From an uncultured virus (IMG/VR IMGVR_UViG_3300031951_000036) (taxonomy: Duplodnaviria; Heunggongvirae; Uroviricota; Caudoviricetes), in the IMG/VR virus record IMGVR_UViG_3300031951_000036: 64,000 nucleotides of DNA; one strand, 5' to 3'. A program made the translations under genes and the position numbers. The notes below the pieces were generated by a model. The model had not been told where the DNA came from and did no database searches. It saw only the letters and a list, made by a program, of their open reading frames with translations. Shown here piece by piece: positions 47,345 to 57,255 of the stretch (position 1 is the stretch's first letter; every line of letters starts with the position of its first letter).

Positions 47345-50300
47345 TAGCGCGGGCTGTTTAAAGTTTTGGTCAAACCGACTTTCAACACCATCTTCTTATC
47401 CGTTGATGTTGTCTTACGCAGGATGACCCTGTTTCCATAGTGGCGGAACTTCTTGCGCTGTAAAGGAGGCTTGTCATAATTAATATACTCAGGATTTACT
47501 GATTTCTGGTAACCATTGCACCCTGTAATCCACATTGGTGTCTGGTCAAAACTGAACTCACCTCTGTCATCTGTGTTGTCCCAGAACTGGTTAAAGCGGT
47601 ACTTGTTTTCCTCTTTTGCCACCAGGATTTGCATGTTGTATGCGGTACTCAAGGGTTGTGCAATGAGTGCCAATGGATCATTCTTTGGTTTGATGTTCAG
47701 TTTCAGGATACCAGAGTTCTGCTCAGAATTATAGATGACAGCGGTGTCAAAGTTCTCATCCAATACATGGTTAAAATCTTTACCATTGTTATAGTACTTG
47801 TACGCCTCCATCCAGTATTCCACACTGCTCAAGGTTGTTACACCTGATGGTGTCACTACTGGAAACTCCACTTCCCAGGGACGGCTTTCACCGTAGTACT
47901 CAGTAAACAGATCCCACTTGGCATTGTGTTTCCAGATGCCACCGCCCTTTGTGGTAAAGAAGTGGGTGTAAGACGGCATGGTCAGGTCTGGTGCCCAGTC
48001 ATGAAAGCTTACCCAAGTCTTGCTCTTGGGGTCATACGACACGGTCCAGTTACAAGGCTCAAAACAGTTGGGGTCGCTGAACTCACAAGGACATTTTTTA
48101 GTAATTACAGGTCTGGCCTCAACATTGATAGATACACTACAAGTTGAAGTTCCACCATTGTCATCAGAAGCTACCAGCTCATAAACTGTAACTGCATCAA
48201 GCGGTAATACCACCGCGTTTCCATTCACAGGAACACTTAGTCCATTAAGGGTTGCGCTTGTAGCAGACAATGTTGACCAGATCAATAGCACTTGTTGACC
48301 CTCTGTCACAGAAAGCGTATTAGCTTGTAAACTACACTGTACTCCAGGTATGCACGTGTTAGATGCAATTGCCGTAGCTACCTGGTCAATAGATGCAGAA
48401 GAGGAAGCATTGATACCATAGTTATATCCAGCAGGGTCATTAATGTCCCCGTCTGTAGAACTGATATTTTTTAAGTTTTGAGGGTCAGCCGGTACATCAG
48501 AAGTTCCACCGCAGAATATTGCAAACACAAACTGATTAAACGGACCTGACGGTGCACCAGAGGTGTTGGCTGGTATTGTAGAAGACTGGTATATATCACC
48601 TGTACCAGGGTCTACAACTCCCGTAGTATCTGTGACAAGCATGATAAACTGCTTAAAATTAGGATTGGCAGTGCGATTACCTAGTTGAGAACCTGCTTTG
48701 TCATTCAACACTCCTTCACCGTGAGATAAACCTAATTCTACATTTGTTCCCCCACCCAACCATGTATTATCATACCAAGTCTCTACATCAGTTGGAGAAA
48801 TAGTATTGCTCATACTAAATCCATCAGGCTGCATAGAAGAAGCTGATGTAGCACTAGACCACTGCGTAAAACCTATTTGAATATTACCTGCAGCCATACC
48901 AGCAACTATTGCAGGATTTTCCAAGAATCCTTTCACAAAAGCAATTTCTGCTTCCTTTATGCCGTAGTTAAGTGTACTACCAGATACGTCCAGGGCAAAG
49001 ACAATGTCCATTAAACAAGGTGTTGGAGGTTGTTCTACTGACGCAGCCTCTGTAACAACAGGGTCAACTGGTGTAATGGGTGGTGGCAAAATGTCACCAC
49101 AGATATAATAAGGCACTCCGCTAGGATCATCAAAGAACAAGTCTGAACGCTTAGGAGTATAATCCTTCTTGGAGAAATACAACAGTTCATACTGTTGGTC
49201 ATAAATAGCCTGGCATCCTACTCCTGCCACCGGGTTGTCATACAGTGGGTAGTTAGGATAAGCCTGCAGCATCTTGGATGGCAGGTTCTCATTGAACCAG
49301 AACTTCAACCCATTGCGGCTGATTTCATCAAGCTGGCCTCCTGCAAAATGCAGCACCTTACCTGTCTTCTGAGACATGTAGAACATACCATAGGGTGTGT
49401 TCACCGCAGAACGTGAAGCTCGTGTGCTACCATACTCCAAAGAGTCATCTGCATTTACTAGTGCCTGCATGTTTTGCTGGAACAAGCCCCCGTCACCAAT
49501 AGTAACTTTAACGCCACCCTTGGTCTGTAACTGGTCAACCCCAACAAACTGCACTGGTTCATCATCTTCAAAAAGAATCACAGATCCTTGTGCATTGAGC
49601 GATTTAATCGTGGAAATCCTACCGCTAAAATCCTTGTAGTTCAAAGGCAGGTAGTTTCTCCAGTTGTCACGTCTCATGCCGGACTGCTGAGGTAAGCTAT
49701 AAACTGCTCGTTTAGGGTAGTACTCAAAACATGTGGTATACAAAGTGGGGTCATAGTCCCGTGGAAGGATTGATCCCCAGGTAGCAAAGTTATTGAAGAG
49801 TTGGGAGTGACTGAGAGAGTTGTCATACTTGTAGTATACAGGAGTTTTTATTAGGTCAGACCGGAACATGGTGCTCAGATCATTGAATGAGTTACCATAG
49901 ACATCATAGAATTTCTTGGTGTCATCATCACCATAATCACGATAGGCCATGTTCAACTCGCTTTCTGTAAAGAAGTCGCGCACCCCGTTGCAGAATAAAT
50001 AAAACCATGCATTACGCAGAGAGAATGCTCCCAGACTGGTTCCTCTATCCAGGCGATGTAAATCAGAAGGTGTATAAGGATCTATGGATGGCCAAGGGTC
50101 TAACTCAAAGTTAAGAGAAAAATCCGTTAAGTCATACTTTTCAAAGTCTACCCAATAACGAGGCGCAGGACCATTGACATAGTTGACATAATTGAACTCC
50201 TGACCATCAGGTTCACCCATCAGCCAGGTGTTAAAGAAATAGTAAGGATTCTTTTCTGTAAAACGATTGATGTATACATCACCGCCAAACACCGCCCCAG

Positions 50301-53007
50301 ATGTAAACAGTCTGTCTGCATTTGGTTCTGTAGTGTACACACATGAGTCCGTAGGAATCTGAATAACGCTTTGCAACTGACCATATTGATTCTGGTAGTC
50401 CACTTTAATAGCGCCATAATAAGCAACAGTGTTGGTGTTAAATGACTTGAACACCTCTGGCTTTGTATGCGTAATTATGTCGCGTACGCGCTGGCGTGTT
50501 TCATCGGTCGCTGATGTGGGATTTGGTACGTTAATATCCAGCTTTAGTGCCAAAAACTTATTACGGTTCAGGTTGTTGATCCTGTAAGTGGCATCCATGT
50601 CATGCAGTGCAGAACCAATGTATTTTGCCCCGTCATCTGCAATCTTTCTTCTGATAGACTTGGCCACATCCGTTGGTGCACCTGTGTTTGTTACATTGGA
50701 ATAACTGTGGTAAAACCCATGGGAGTTATACTGTAATGCGTAGTCCCTGAACTTGATCATCTTATATAACACATCAAGCACCTGGTTCATACCCATACCC
50801 ATGTAATAAACAGACTGAGCGGCCATAATGGCAATTGCAGCAATAGCAGAAGCTGTTGAAGCTGCACCACCTCCAGAGGCAATTTGTTGCCCTTGGTCAA
50901 CAATCAAATCCCCAAATATAGAAGCTGTGCCGGCTTGGCGGTTACTTGAAAAGAATGGAGCACCTGATCCTCCAGCTAGTACATAGTTACCGCCTGTTTG
51001 TGTGGTCGTACCTATTGAGGAAAGTACTGCAATACCTGCACCAACAATTACCGCTAACCCAAATGACGTATCCCTAAGCAATTTTTGTTTAGGTTGTTTA
51101 TAGGGAACTTCATAGTTGCCAGTGACTGTACCCCGCTCCTCAGTATACATTTTTATGTATCCATCCCCCAGGTAAGGTTTGATAAAACTGGTCTCAGGTG
51201 AGTGAAATGAAAAGTAGTTTCTTTTATATGTGGTAAGTGCGGGTGCATTTTCAATGGTATTGGTGCTACCTGTACCATTTGTCAGCGTATCAAAATCTGT
51301 TGTCAAAAACTTATTAGGTCGCAGGTCATTGTAAGGAAAGTTCTGAAACATTCCTCTTTTGCCAGTATCATCCTGTGGTTCATACTCCCACATGTTGTTG
51401 AATAATCCTTTGGCTACAATAGAGCGGTTGCCCTCGCGTGAGCCTCTCAGGATTTCATAGCCAACAATGTCAGCAATAAGATCACCGTTTTCATCAACAG
51501 GGTGAGCAATGCTTGAGAACTTGACACCAAGTACATAGATCTTATTACCTCCCTGATTGTGAATGTGCATCGTTTCATTGGACGGCATTTTATGATGACG
51601 AATGGGTTTGCCACAAAGCTCACCCCATATCTCAGGTTTATCATCTGGGTAGGTTTCAGTACTTTCCCAATACCCCATTTCGCCTGCATAAAGAACAGGC
51701 GCCCCATCAAAAGTCTCATCGTTTGCAGGTGTTTTGCTTGACGTGTCGTAAACCTGCCAGCGTTCTGTCTCTGATGGATAAAGAACGTCATTGGTGCTTA
51801 CAGAAGCGCGGTCTATGGAGTTTGCAGCACGTCCAGGAATATGAAAAGAAGCACTGCGCGCACCGGTTTTGTACACCCAACGAATGAAAAATGCATACAC
51901 CTCATCGCGCATATAGCCTGTACTGTTTCCTCCCTGGTAATAGTAATCTGCACTTCTTTCAGCAGCAACCCAACGGGTAGTAATGTTATTGGCTAAAGGT
52001 TGATAGTTGAAATATGGCTGTGTAGTTACACCCGTACGAATCAGGTAATCCCCTACTTTGTGCAACTTGTCGCTCTTCTCATAGACAATATTGCGCAAAG
52101 GGATATATGCTAAAGGGACAGTTTCCAGGGATTGATTAACCTGGTCAAGTGTCACTTTAGACTGGCGTATGGGATAGTTACCCACTTTCTTAGCCAGTGT
52201 TTGCTGGTTTACTACTGCAATCAACACCAGCTCATATTCTTCAAAGCTCTGGTCCAGGTTTTGAATGGTAATGTCCAGTGAGCCACCAATTCCTTCATGG
52301 CTCCAGAGGGCTTGAGGTTGAGAAGGCGTGCAATAGTCTGTCAGGCGAACACCATTCTCTGAATACGCAACCGTAACCATGTAGCTACCATTGATCAGCT
52401 GGCCGGACCCTGCTGCACGATTCACCCGTACGCAAGGTTGTTCAACCAATGGGTGCAGGCGTATGGCATTGCAGTCCAAATTGGTGGTATATTCTGGTAT
52501 AAAACAATCGCTGTCTTCAGATAAATTATTGCCAGTGGTCAGGTAAGGTATGCGGTCCAGATTAAGCACCCGGTCAGGGTTAAGGCCATCAGAAAAATAA
52601 ACGCTGTCTGTGCAGTCATAATTACCCTTACATACCGCAGTGATCAGATTTGTTTTTTTGAAGTTCAGACAATCTGCGTTGATTACTGCCTGATACGTTT
52701 CTGTGACTTCATCAAAAATTCCAATTTCAGAAGAGATGTTATTAGTAGAGAATACCACCCACTGCCCTTCGCTTTTATGGGCATAGCCTATAATGGTATA
52801 GGGAGCAGATGCTGCCAAATAGTTAGCAGGCTCATTGCTCAATGTACCTGTTTCTCCCTGGTGTGAGTTATTGATGGCATTAATGGCGTTGGTCCAAATC
52901 GTTTCAGGCATGAAGATATCTGTCACGTCTTTATTCAGACCTTTGACAAAACTGTTTGCTTTGATGTCACGGCCACCGCCTTCTGATCCTGTAGTATTCT
53001 TAGCCAT
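47344..53007 (-). CDS. Tail stabilisation / muzzle protein (P22 gp10-like beta-propeller) with a vWA and Ig-like insertion
   Basis: FVKGLNKD start, VYFSDGLNPDR, GYMRDEVYAF, FGGDVYI, WTVSY...WVSFHDW; follows the ring proteins. Start moved to the ATG at 53007 (TAATG overlap) instead of the track's 53079. Confidence 0.8.
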   Translation of the reverse strand: MAKNTTGSEGGGRDIKANSFVKGLNKDVTDIFMPETIWTNAINAINNSHQGETGTLSNEPANYLAASAPYTIIGYAHKSEGQWVVFSTNNISSEIGIFDEVTETYQAVINADCLNFKKTNLITAVCKGNYDCTDSVYFSDGLNPDRVLNLDRIPYLTTGNNLSEDSDCFIPEYTTNLDCNAIRLHPLVEQPCVRVNRAAGSGQLINGSYMVTVAYSENGVRLTDYCTPSQPQALWSHEGIGGSLDITIQNLDQSFEEYELVLIAVVNQQTLAKKVGNYPIRQSKVTLDQVNQSLETVPLAYIPLRNIVYEKSDKLHKVGDYLIRTGVTTQPYFNYQPLANNITTRWVAAERSADYYYQGGNSTGYMRDEVYAFFIRWVYKTGARSASFHIPGRAANSIDRASVSTNDVLYPSETERWQVYDTSSKTPANDETFDGAPVLYAGEMGYWESTETYPDDKPEIWGELCGKPIRHHKMPSNETMHIHNQGGNKIYVLGVKFSSIAHPVDENGDLIADIVGYEILRGSREGNRSIVAKGLFNNMWEYEPQDDTGKRGMFQNFPYNDLRPNKFLTTDFDTLTNGTGSTNTIENAPALTTYKRNYFSFHSPETSFIKPYLGDGYIKMYTEERGTVTGNYEVPYKQPKQKLLRDTSFGLAVIVGAGIAVLSSIGTTTQTGGNYVLAGGSGAPFFSSNRQAGTASIFGDLIVDQGQQIASGGGAASTASAIAAIAIMAAQSVYYMGMGMNQVLDVLYKMIKFRDYALQYNSHGFYHSYSNVTNTGAPTDVAKSIRRKIADDGAKYIGSALHDMDATYRINNLNRNKFLALKLDINVPNPTSATDETRQRVRDIITHTKPEVFKSFNTNTVAYYGAIKVDYQNQYGQLQSVIQIPTDSCVYTTEPNADRLFTSGAVFGGDVYINRFTEKNPYYFFNTWLMGEPDGQEFNYVNYVNGPAPRYWVDFEKYDLTDFSLNFELDPWPSIDPYTPSDLHRLDRGTSLGAFSLRNAWFYLFCNGVRDFFTESELNMAYRDYGDDDTKKFYDVYGNSFNDLSTMFRSDLIKTPVYYKYDNSLSHSQLFNNFATWGSILPRDYDPTLYTTCFEYYPKRAVYSLPQQSGMRRDNWRNYLPLNYKDFSGRISTIKSLNAQGSVILFEDDEPVQFVGVDQLQTKGGVKVTIGDGGLFQQNMQALVNADDSLEYGSTRASRSAVNTPYGMFYMSQKTGKVLHFAGGQLDEISRNGLKFWFNENLPSKMLQAYPNYPLYDNPVAGVGCQAIYDQQYELLYFSKKDYTPKRSDLFFDDPSGVPYYICGDILPPPITPVDPVVTEAASVEQPPTPCLMDIVFALDVSGSTLNYGIKEAEIAFVKGFLENPAIVAGMAAGNIQIGFTQWSSATSASSMQPDGFSMSNTISPTDVETWYDNTWLGGGTNVELGLSHGEGVLNDKAGSQLGNRTANPNFKQFIMLVTDTTGVVDPGTGDIYQSSTIPANTSGAPSGPFNQFVFAIFCGGTSDVPADPQNLKNISSTDGDINDPAGYNYGINASSSASIDQVATAIASNTCIPGVQCSLQANTLSVTEGQQVLLIWSTLSATSATLNGLSVPVNGNAVVLPLDAVTVYELVASDDNGGTSTCSVSINVEARPVITKKCPCEFSDPNCFEPCNWTVSYDPKSKTWVSFHDWAPDLTMPSYTHFFTTKGGGIWKHNAKWDLFTEYYGESRPWEVEFPVVTPSGVTTLSSVEYWMEAYKYYNNGKDFNHVLDENFDTAVIYNSEQNSGILKLNIKPKNDPLALIAQPLSTAYNMQILVAKEENKYRFNQFWDNTDDRGEFSFDQTPMWITGCNGYQKSVNPEYINYDKPPLQRKKFRHYGNRVILRKTTSTDKKMVLKVGLTKTLNSPR

Positions 53008-53360
53008 TATCCTTTGATCACAAATTTTTTCTTGTTCAGTATTTTGTACGCGTGCTCTGTCAGATGCCCTACCAGCCAAGCCTGGGACTCTTCATCATCA
53101 ATAGCTATGTCTGTAGTAATAGCCACTGTCAGATGAAACAGTTCATGAGCCAGTAAATTATGACTCAAGCTATCTTCTTTCAGTGCAATCACATACTCCG
53201 CATTACCCCAGTTAAACACCACGCCATGTGTGTCCAACACGTCCACGCTTACCTTCTTTTTCTTGAACACATATTGCTGCAACTCTTCCATGGTGGAGGT
53301 TACAATCAGGACCACCTTGCATTCATACAAGGGGATCTTGATGGTGGACTTAGACATCAT
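53007..53360 (-). CDS. Small zincin-like metallopeptidase
   Basis: LAHELFHL (HExxH) followed by DEESQAW (third ligand Glu); 117 aa. Confidence 0.7.
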   Translation of the reverse strand: MMSKSTIKIPLYECKVVLIVTSTMEELQQYVFKKKKVSVDVLDTHGVVFNWGNAEYVIALKEDSLSHNLLAHELFHLTVAITTDIAIDDEESQAWLVGHLTEHAYKILNKKKFVIKG

Positions 53361-54471
53361 GACTCTTGAACATATTGTAGTACTTGTGGTACATGGCCTT
53401 GCGGTTCATTTCCCAAGTACGCTGCATTTCACGGTAACCAGGTGTGTTAACAAACGAGAGTGCGTTATTGCGCGCAGCACGCAGCCGTTGTTCTACCAAC
53501 TGCAGGTAGTTTACCACATTCTCTCCAGCCATCATAAGGTTTTCATAAATGCGCTGTTTTAACGCATACTCATAAAACTCATCAGCCAAAGGGTGACTCA
53601 TGACTAGCAGGTTTCCTTCATCATCCTCCATTAAACTTTGGTAGTTGATATAGATCACACCTTCATTGAAGTTAGTGACCAAAAAACCATTCTTTAAATA
53701 GGCAGCAAGAGCTGAGCGACTTTGCAGATTCATGCACTCAGAACTGACGCTTTTGCTTTTATCAATGCGCATTTGCACCAGCTTCTTAGATTCATACCTA
53801 CGGCCTTGTGTATTGTAGGTTACCTTAGGAATGTGATAGAACGGGTCGTTCACCATTTCTGCAGGGCATCCTCCAGACTGTATCTGAGTGACTGTGGTAG
53901 TAGGTGTATCAGGTACGCCAATGATCACAAAACGCACGTTTTCTTGCAAGGGCGCCTGGGATACAATGTTTACCTGGTCTGGATTAGGTCTTTGAACTTC
54001 AAAGCTTAACAGTGTGCCATCTGTTGCATACGCTTCAATCACCAGGTTAGTGGTATTCAGACTATGGGTAATAGTAGTAACACCGGTAGGTACATCCAGC
54101 ACAGTGGTAAAATTTCCCAGACTATTGTTCAGGTAATATTGCTGAGCCAGGTAAATTCCTTCCAGCACCCCTTCTGTCTTTCCCTCTGTATAAGTCTTAT
54201 CGTCCTCTGTAGAAGATTCATAATGGTCTTCACAAACCAAAGCAAAATTCAATACATAAAAATCAGGTGGTAACTTGGCTTTACCATTTACCACCTGCAA
54301 CACTTTAGAACGCGAGGGGTTTACCTTCAGACCCAATTCATAGTTGACACGAATGGCCACCTTGATCAATTGCTGTGGGTCAATCATTCCCTCCAGGTCA
54401 TGGGTCTTCAGGTCCAGCTTCACACTGTCCATCAGTTCGTCAAAGGTTCTGTATTGGGTTTCAGTTAGCAT
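53350..54471 (-). CDS. Tail ring / tubular protein with an inserted small beta domain
   Basis: Gene order matches crAss-like ring proteins. GKAKLPPDF and NGFLVTNFNEGVIYINY...DDEGN motifs; inserted TTITHSLNT module. Confidence 0.7.
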   Translation of the reverse strand: MLTETQYRTFDELMDSVKLDLKTHDLEGMIDPQQLIKVAIRVNYELGLKVNPSRSKVLQVVNGKAKLPPDFYVLNFALVCEDHYESSTEDDKTYTEGKTEGVLEGIYLAQQYYLNNSLGNFTTVLDVPTGVTTITHSLNTTNLVIEAYATDGTLLSFEVQRPNPDQVNIVSQAPLQENVRFVIIGVPDTPTTTVTQIQSGGCPAEMVNDPFYHIPKVTYNTQGRRYESKKLVQMRIDKSKSVSSECMNLQSRSALAAYLKNGFLVTNFNEGVIYINYQSLMEDDEGNLLVMSHPLADEFYEYALKQRIYENLMMAGENVVNYLQLVEQRLRAARNNALSFVNTPGYREMQRTWEMNRKAMYHKYYNMFKSHDV

Positions 54472-54482
54472 AGGGTCACGGA

Positions 54483-55157
54483 TTAGGCACGTTCAATGTG
54501 TTTGTTGTCAGAACCTGGGTCCTGAGGAATTTGGAGAAATAACCCCATATCTTTAGAAAGCAGTGATTCAATCTCTGCAAACATGTATTCAGGAATGTGC
54601 ATAGCCTTATCCTGAACATACTGGCAGTCATCTGACGGGTCACAGTTATAGTTTGACACATCACCCTCAAAAACACCTTCCAAACGCACCGCATCCCAAT
54701 CCATATTGGGAAAGTATAAGTACCCGTTCAGGTACCAGTAGTATTTTTTCTTGTTGTACTTGAAGGTCTTTTGACGGCTCATCTGCTCAAAGCTCTGTGG
54801 ATAAGTAGGCGTTACCTCTTCTGAGAGGTCGATTGAGCTGACACTGCGTAGCAGCGGTCCCCAGTATCCTTCCATCATGGCAGGAACTTTATCCTTGGTG
54901 CGCTTAAAGTAACACCCGGTGTGCACCCCATGACACTCGGCCTGGGCACGATCCACATCAATCAGCTCTACGTAATCCAGCGTCTGAAACACACTGTTGA
55001 ACTTCATGAGTTTGTTCAGGTTGTCCTGGCGACGCATCAGCAGCTTGGCATGCTTCATCACCATGGAATAGATGAAACGATCAGTCATAAAGGCATCCTG
55101 TTTGGTAGCCTTATACTGATTGCGCACCCTTGCTATTACTTCACCAATAGTTACCAT
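54483..55157 (-). CDS. Tail ring / adaptor protein
   Basis: Between the IHF-like and tubular genes; YYWYLNGYLYFPN and EGVFE motifs. Confidence 0.65.
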   Translation of the reverse strand: MVTIGEVIARVRNQYKATKQDAFMTDRFIYSMVMKHAKLLMRRQDNLNKLMKFNSVFQTLDYVELIDVDRAQAECHGVHTGCYFKRTKDKVPAMMEGYWGPLLRSVSSIDLSEEVTPTYPQSFEQMSRQKTFKYNKKKYYWYLNGYLYFPNMDWDAVRLEGVFEGDVSNYNCDPSDDCQYVQDKAMHIPEYMFAEIESLLSKDMGLFLQIPQDPGSDNKHIERA

Positions 55158-55738
55158 TATAAGTCAAATTCGTTATACGTTTCAAGTGACAGCTGCGTCT
55201 GCTCAGCTTTGTACATCTGCGCTGCACTGGCTTTGTATATGTAGCTGATCTTCTTAGAAGGATCCACCATCACATACTGCTTCCACTTCTGAGGATAGGT
55301 TTTGCCCACCTCGCGTTTGAAAGCCCTGGTAGGATTGAAAGCCCATAACTCGTGGTGCTTGAAACGGTACTTGCTGCCAAACGTGGTGTAAAAGATCTTT
55401 GCCAGGTAGTTATCACTTTCCCAGTTACGATGTTGTATCACCTTCAGGTAATCAGCGCTCAGCTTGAAGTCTACATTTTTAGACTTCTTGGGTGGACATG
55501 TTCCTATGAATATGTGACCCAACTGGTTGGGAAGCTCCACCCCATCACGCACCTCTATGGCAGTTTGCCACAGGATACCGTTAAAGGTCTGGATGACTTC
55601 CTTGATTTCCTTGTCATTCAGCACGTTGCAGCCAGGTACTTTTTCCCGTAGCTGCTTGATAAATGCCGCATTCATAATGCCCGTTGCAGTTTTCCTAAAC
55701 CTAGGAGCGTGCAAATCTGGCTTTTTAGCTGCTTTCAT
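55157..55738 (-). CDS. IHF/HU-like DNA-binding protein of the crAss-like structural module
   Basis: Basic 193-aa protein; helix followed by GVELPNQLGHIFI; typical crAss-like position upstream of the ring proteins. Confidence 0.65.
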   Translation of the reverse strand: MKAAKKPDLHAPRFRKTATGIMNAAFIKQLREKVPGCNVLNDKEIKEVIQTFNGILWQTAIEVRDGVELPNQLGHIFIGTCPPKKSKNVDFKLSADYLKVIQHRNWESDNYLAKIFYTTFGSKYRFKHHELWAFNPTRAFKREVGKTYPQKWKQYVMVDPSKKISYIYKASAAQMYKAEQTQLSLETYNEFDL

Positions 55739-55743
55739 ATTCC

Positions 55744-55763
55744 CTACACTAAGAATTTACAAA
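55744..55763 (-). promoter_or_regulatory. Putative phage promoter, copy 2 (TTTGTAAATTCTTAGTGTAG)
   Basis: 19/20 identical to the copy at 63248; ends 5 nt before the ATG. Confidence 0.7.
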
Positions 55764-55800
55764 AAAATGAGTAGATATTATAGAACTGAGGTCTATAAAA

Positions 55801-57114
55801 TCATAACGTGTACACAAACTCACTGATCAAACCTTTACTTCCATCATGCAAATGCAGGATGGCAGAGCGCTTGTTACCCACATACTTGTTATGGTAGTGG
55901 TAATAGTCAGAGCTGGTCAGTGCCGGAATGATCCTGGTGACAAAACCATGCTCCTCGTTCTCAGTGACAAACTCCTTGGTCTTGCGCCCATGGTAATGAC
56001 CGGTGTACAGCATGCGGTGCTGGGACATTCCCCACTGCTCCGGAAACTCCACGGCAAACACCAGCGGGTTGTTCTTGGCGGACACATCCCCGTGTTCAAA
56101 GCACAGCATGTTCTCTCCATACTTCAGCACTTTGCGCTCTGCATATTCAATGTTGAATGTCACTGTAGACCATTCCCTGTATACTTGCTTTACGGCATGC
56201 AACAGATGAAATGAACTCAGGCGGTCGTGGTTACCTGGTACGAATACCACTTCCACGTTTTGTGAGAAGTGTGACAAGGTTGTCACGGCTTGACAGATTG
56301 CGTCAAAAGCCTTCAGGTAGGCATCGGTAGCGCTCTCAGAATTTTCTACGGGCGTACCCTTGGTGGTGGTTCCCCCAAAGGTATCCATATTCAGCGTATC
56401 TGGACCAATGACCAGTACTACTTTTTCCAGGAAATAGTTCTTGTGTGCCTTGTCTATGAGGTACTTGACAGCGCTGTTCATGATCTCACCCATGTCCTCA
56501 TTGCCGGTCTTACCAAAGTGCAGGTCCTGCAATGAAAAAACCCCGCAAACCTTTTCCTGTGCTGTAGCATTAAGGAAGTAAGATTCCGGGGCTGGCATGG
56601 CTGGCAGGTCATAGTTCTCCAGCAGTTCCAGGAAAGAATGTTGCAACTGCTCTGCCTCTGGCTTTTTGCTAACCAGGGCAGAGACTTCCCAGCGGTCGCT
56701 TTTTTCTTTGTTCCAGTATTGTGAGAGTTTCCACTTACTGGTGTCAATGCCCAGTATGGCAATGATCTCTTCTGCGGTTCTGGGTTCTACTGACGCAATG
56801 CCGGTGATCTTACTGGTACCAGCTTCCAGGTCTTCGTGTATGCTGACACGCTTGCCCAGGTCTTCTGGTGTCTCCGTTGCATCCAACGCAGATAAGATTT
56901 CTTCATCAGTTTTGTGGTAACCTTTTTTACTCAGTTCTTTTTCAACCAGGTCAATGACAACACTGTCAATCTTGTCACCCAGGCGGGCAACCACTTCCAT
57001 GACTTTGTCTTTGATTTTGAGGTAATGAGCAGTGGGGATACCGAGTCTGGCAGCTTCAGCTTCCGCTGATTTCTTGCGCTTCAGACTGTGGTAAACAGCT
57101 GAAATAATGGTCAT
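55801..57114 (-). CDS. Calcineurin-like metallophosphoesterase with an N-terminal extension (possible HTH)
   Basis: All five motifs present: DLHFG, GPD, GNHD, EHGD, GHYH. Confidence 0.9.
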   Translation of the reverse strand: MTIISAVYHSLKRKKSAEAEAARLGIPTAHYLKIKDKVMEVVARLGDKIDSVVIDLVEKELSKKGYHKTDEEILSALDATETPEDLGKRVSIHEDLEAGTSKITGIASVEPRTAEEIIAILGIDTSKWKLSQYWNKEKSDRWEVSALVSKKPEAEQLQHSFLELLENYDLPAMPAPESYFLNATAQEKVCGVFSLQDLHFGKTGNEDMGEIMNSAVKYLIDKAHKNYFLEKVVLVIGPDTLNMDTFGGTTTKGTPVENSESATDAYLKAFDAICQAVTTLSHFSQNVEVVFVPGNHDRLSSFHLLHAVKQVYREWSTVTFNIEYAERKVLKYGENMLCFEHGDVSAKNNPLVFAVEFPEQWGMSQHRMLYTGHYHGRKTKEFVTENEEHGFVTRIIPALTSSDYYHYHNKYVGNKRSAILHLHDGSKGLISEFVYTL

Positions 57115-57144
57115 AGGGCCTTTCAGGATATTGGACTTATGTTA

Positions 57145-57177
57145 CAAAGGTAAATATAAAACTACTTGGTTTACAAC
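57145..57177 (-). promoter_or_regulatory. Bacteroidota-type primary sigma promoter upstream of the metallophosphoesterase
   Basis: Minus strand GTTG-N21-TACCTTTG, matching -33 TTG and -7 TAnnTTTG. Confidence 0.65.
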
Positions 57178-57186
57178 ATTTTGTGC

Positions 57187-57220
57187 AAAAAGAAACCCCC
57201 AGTGACCCAGGGGCTCTCTC
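57187..57220 (-). terminator. Intrinsic terminator after the 609-aa gene
   Basis: Minus strand GAGAGCCCCTGG-GTCA-CTGGGGGTTTC followed by TTTTT. Confidence 0.7.
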
Positions 57221-57255
57221 CATTAGTCAGGAAAACCAACAAACCTGATTCATGT

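Noticed and set aside
53008..53079. Track starts at 53079 (muzzle gene) and at 6820 (lectin fibre gene)
   Set aside because: Both overlap the upstream gene. ATGs at 53007 (TAATG coupling) and 6787 (CCTATG) fit better.
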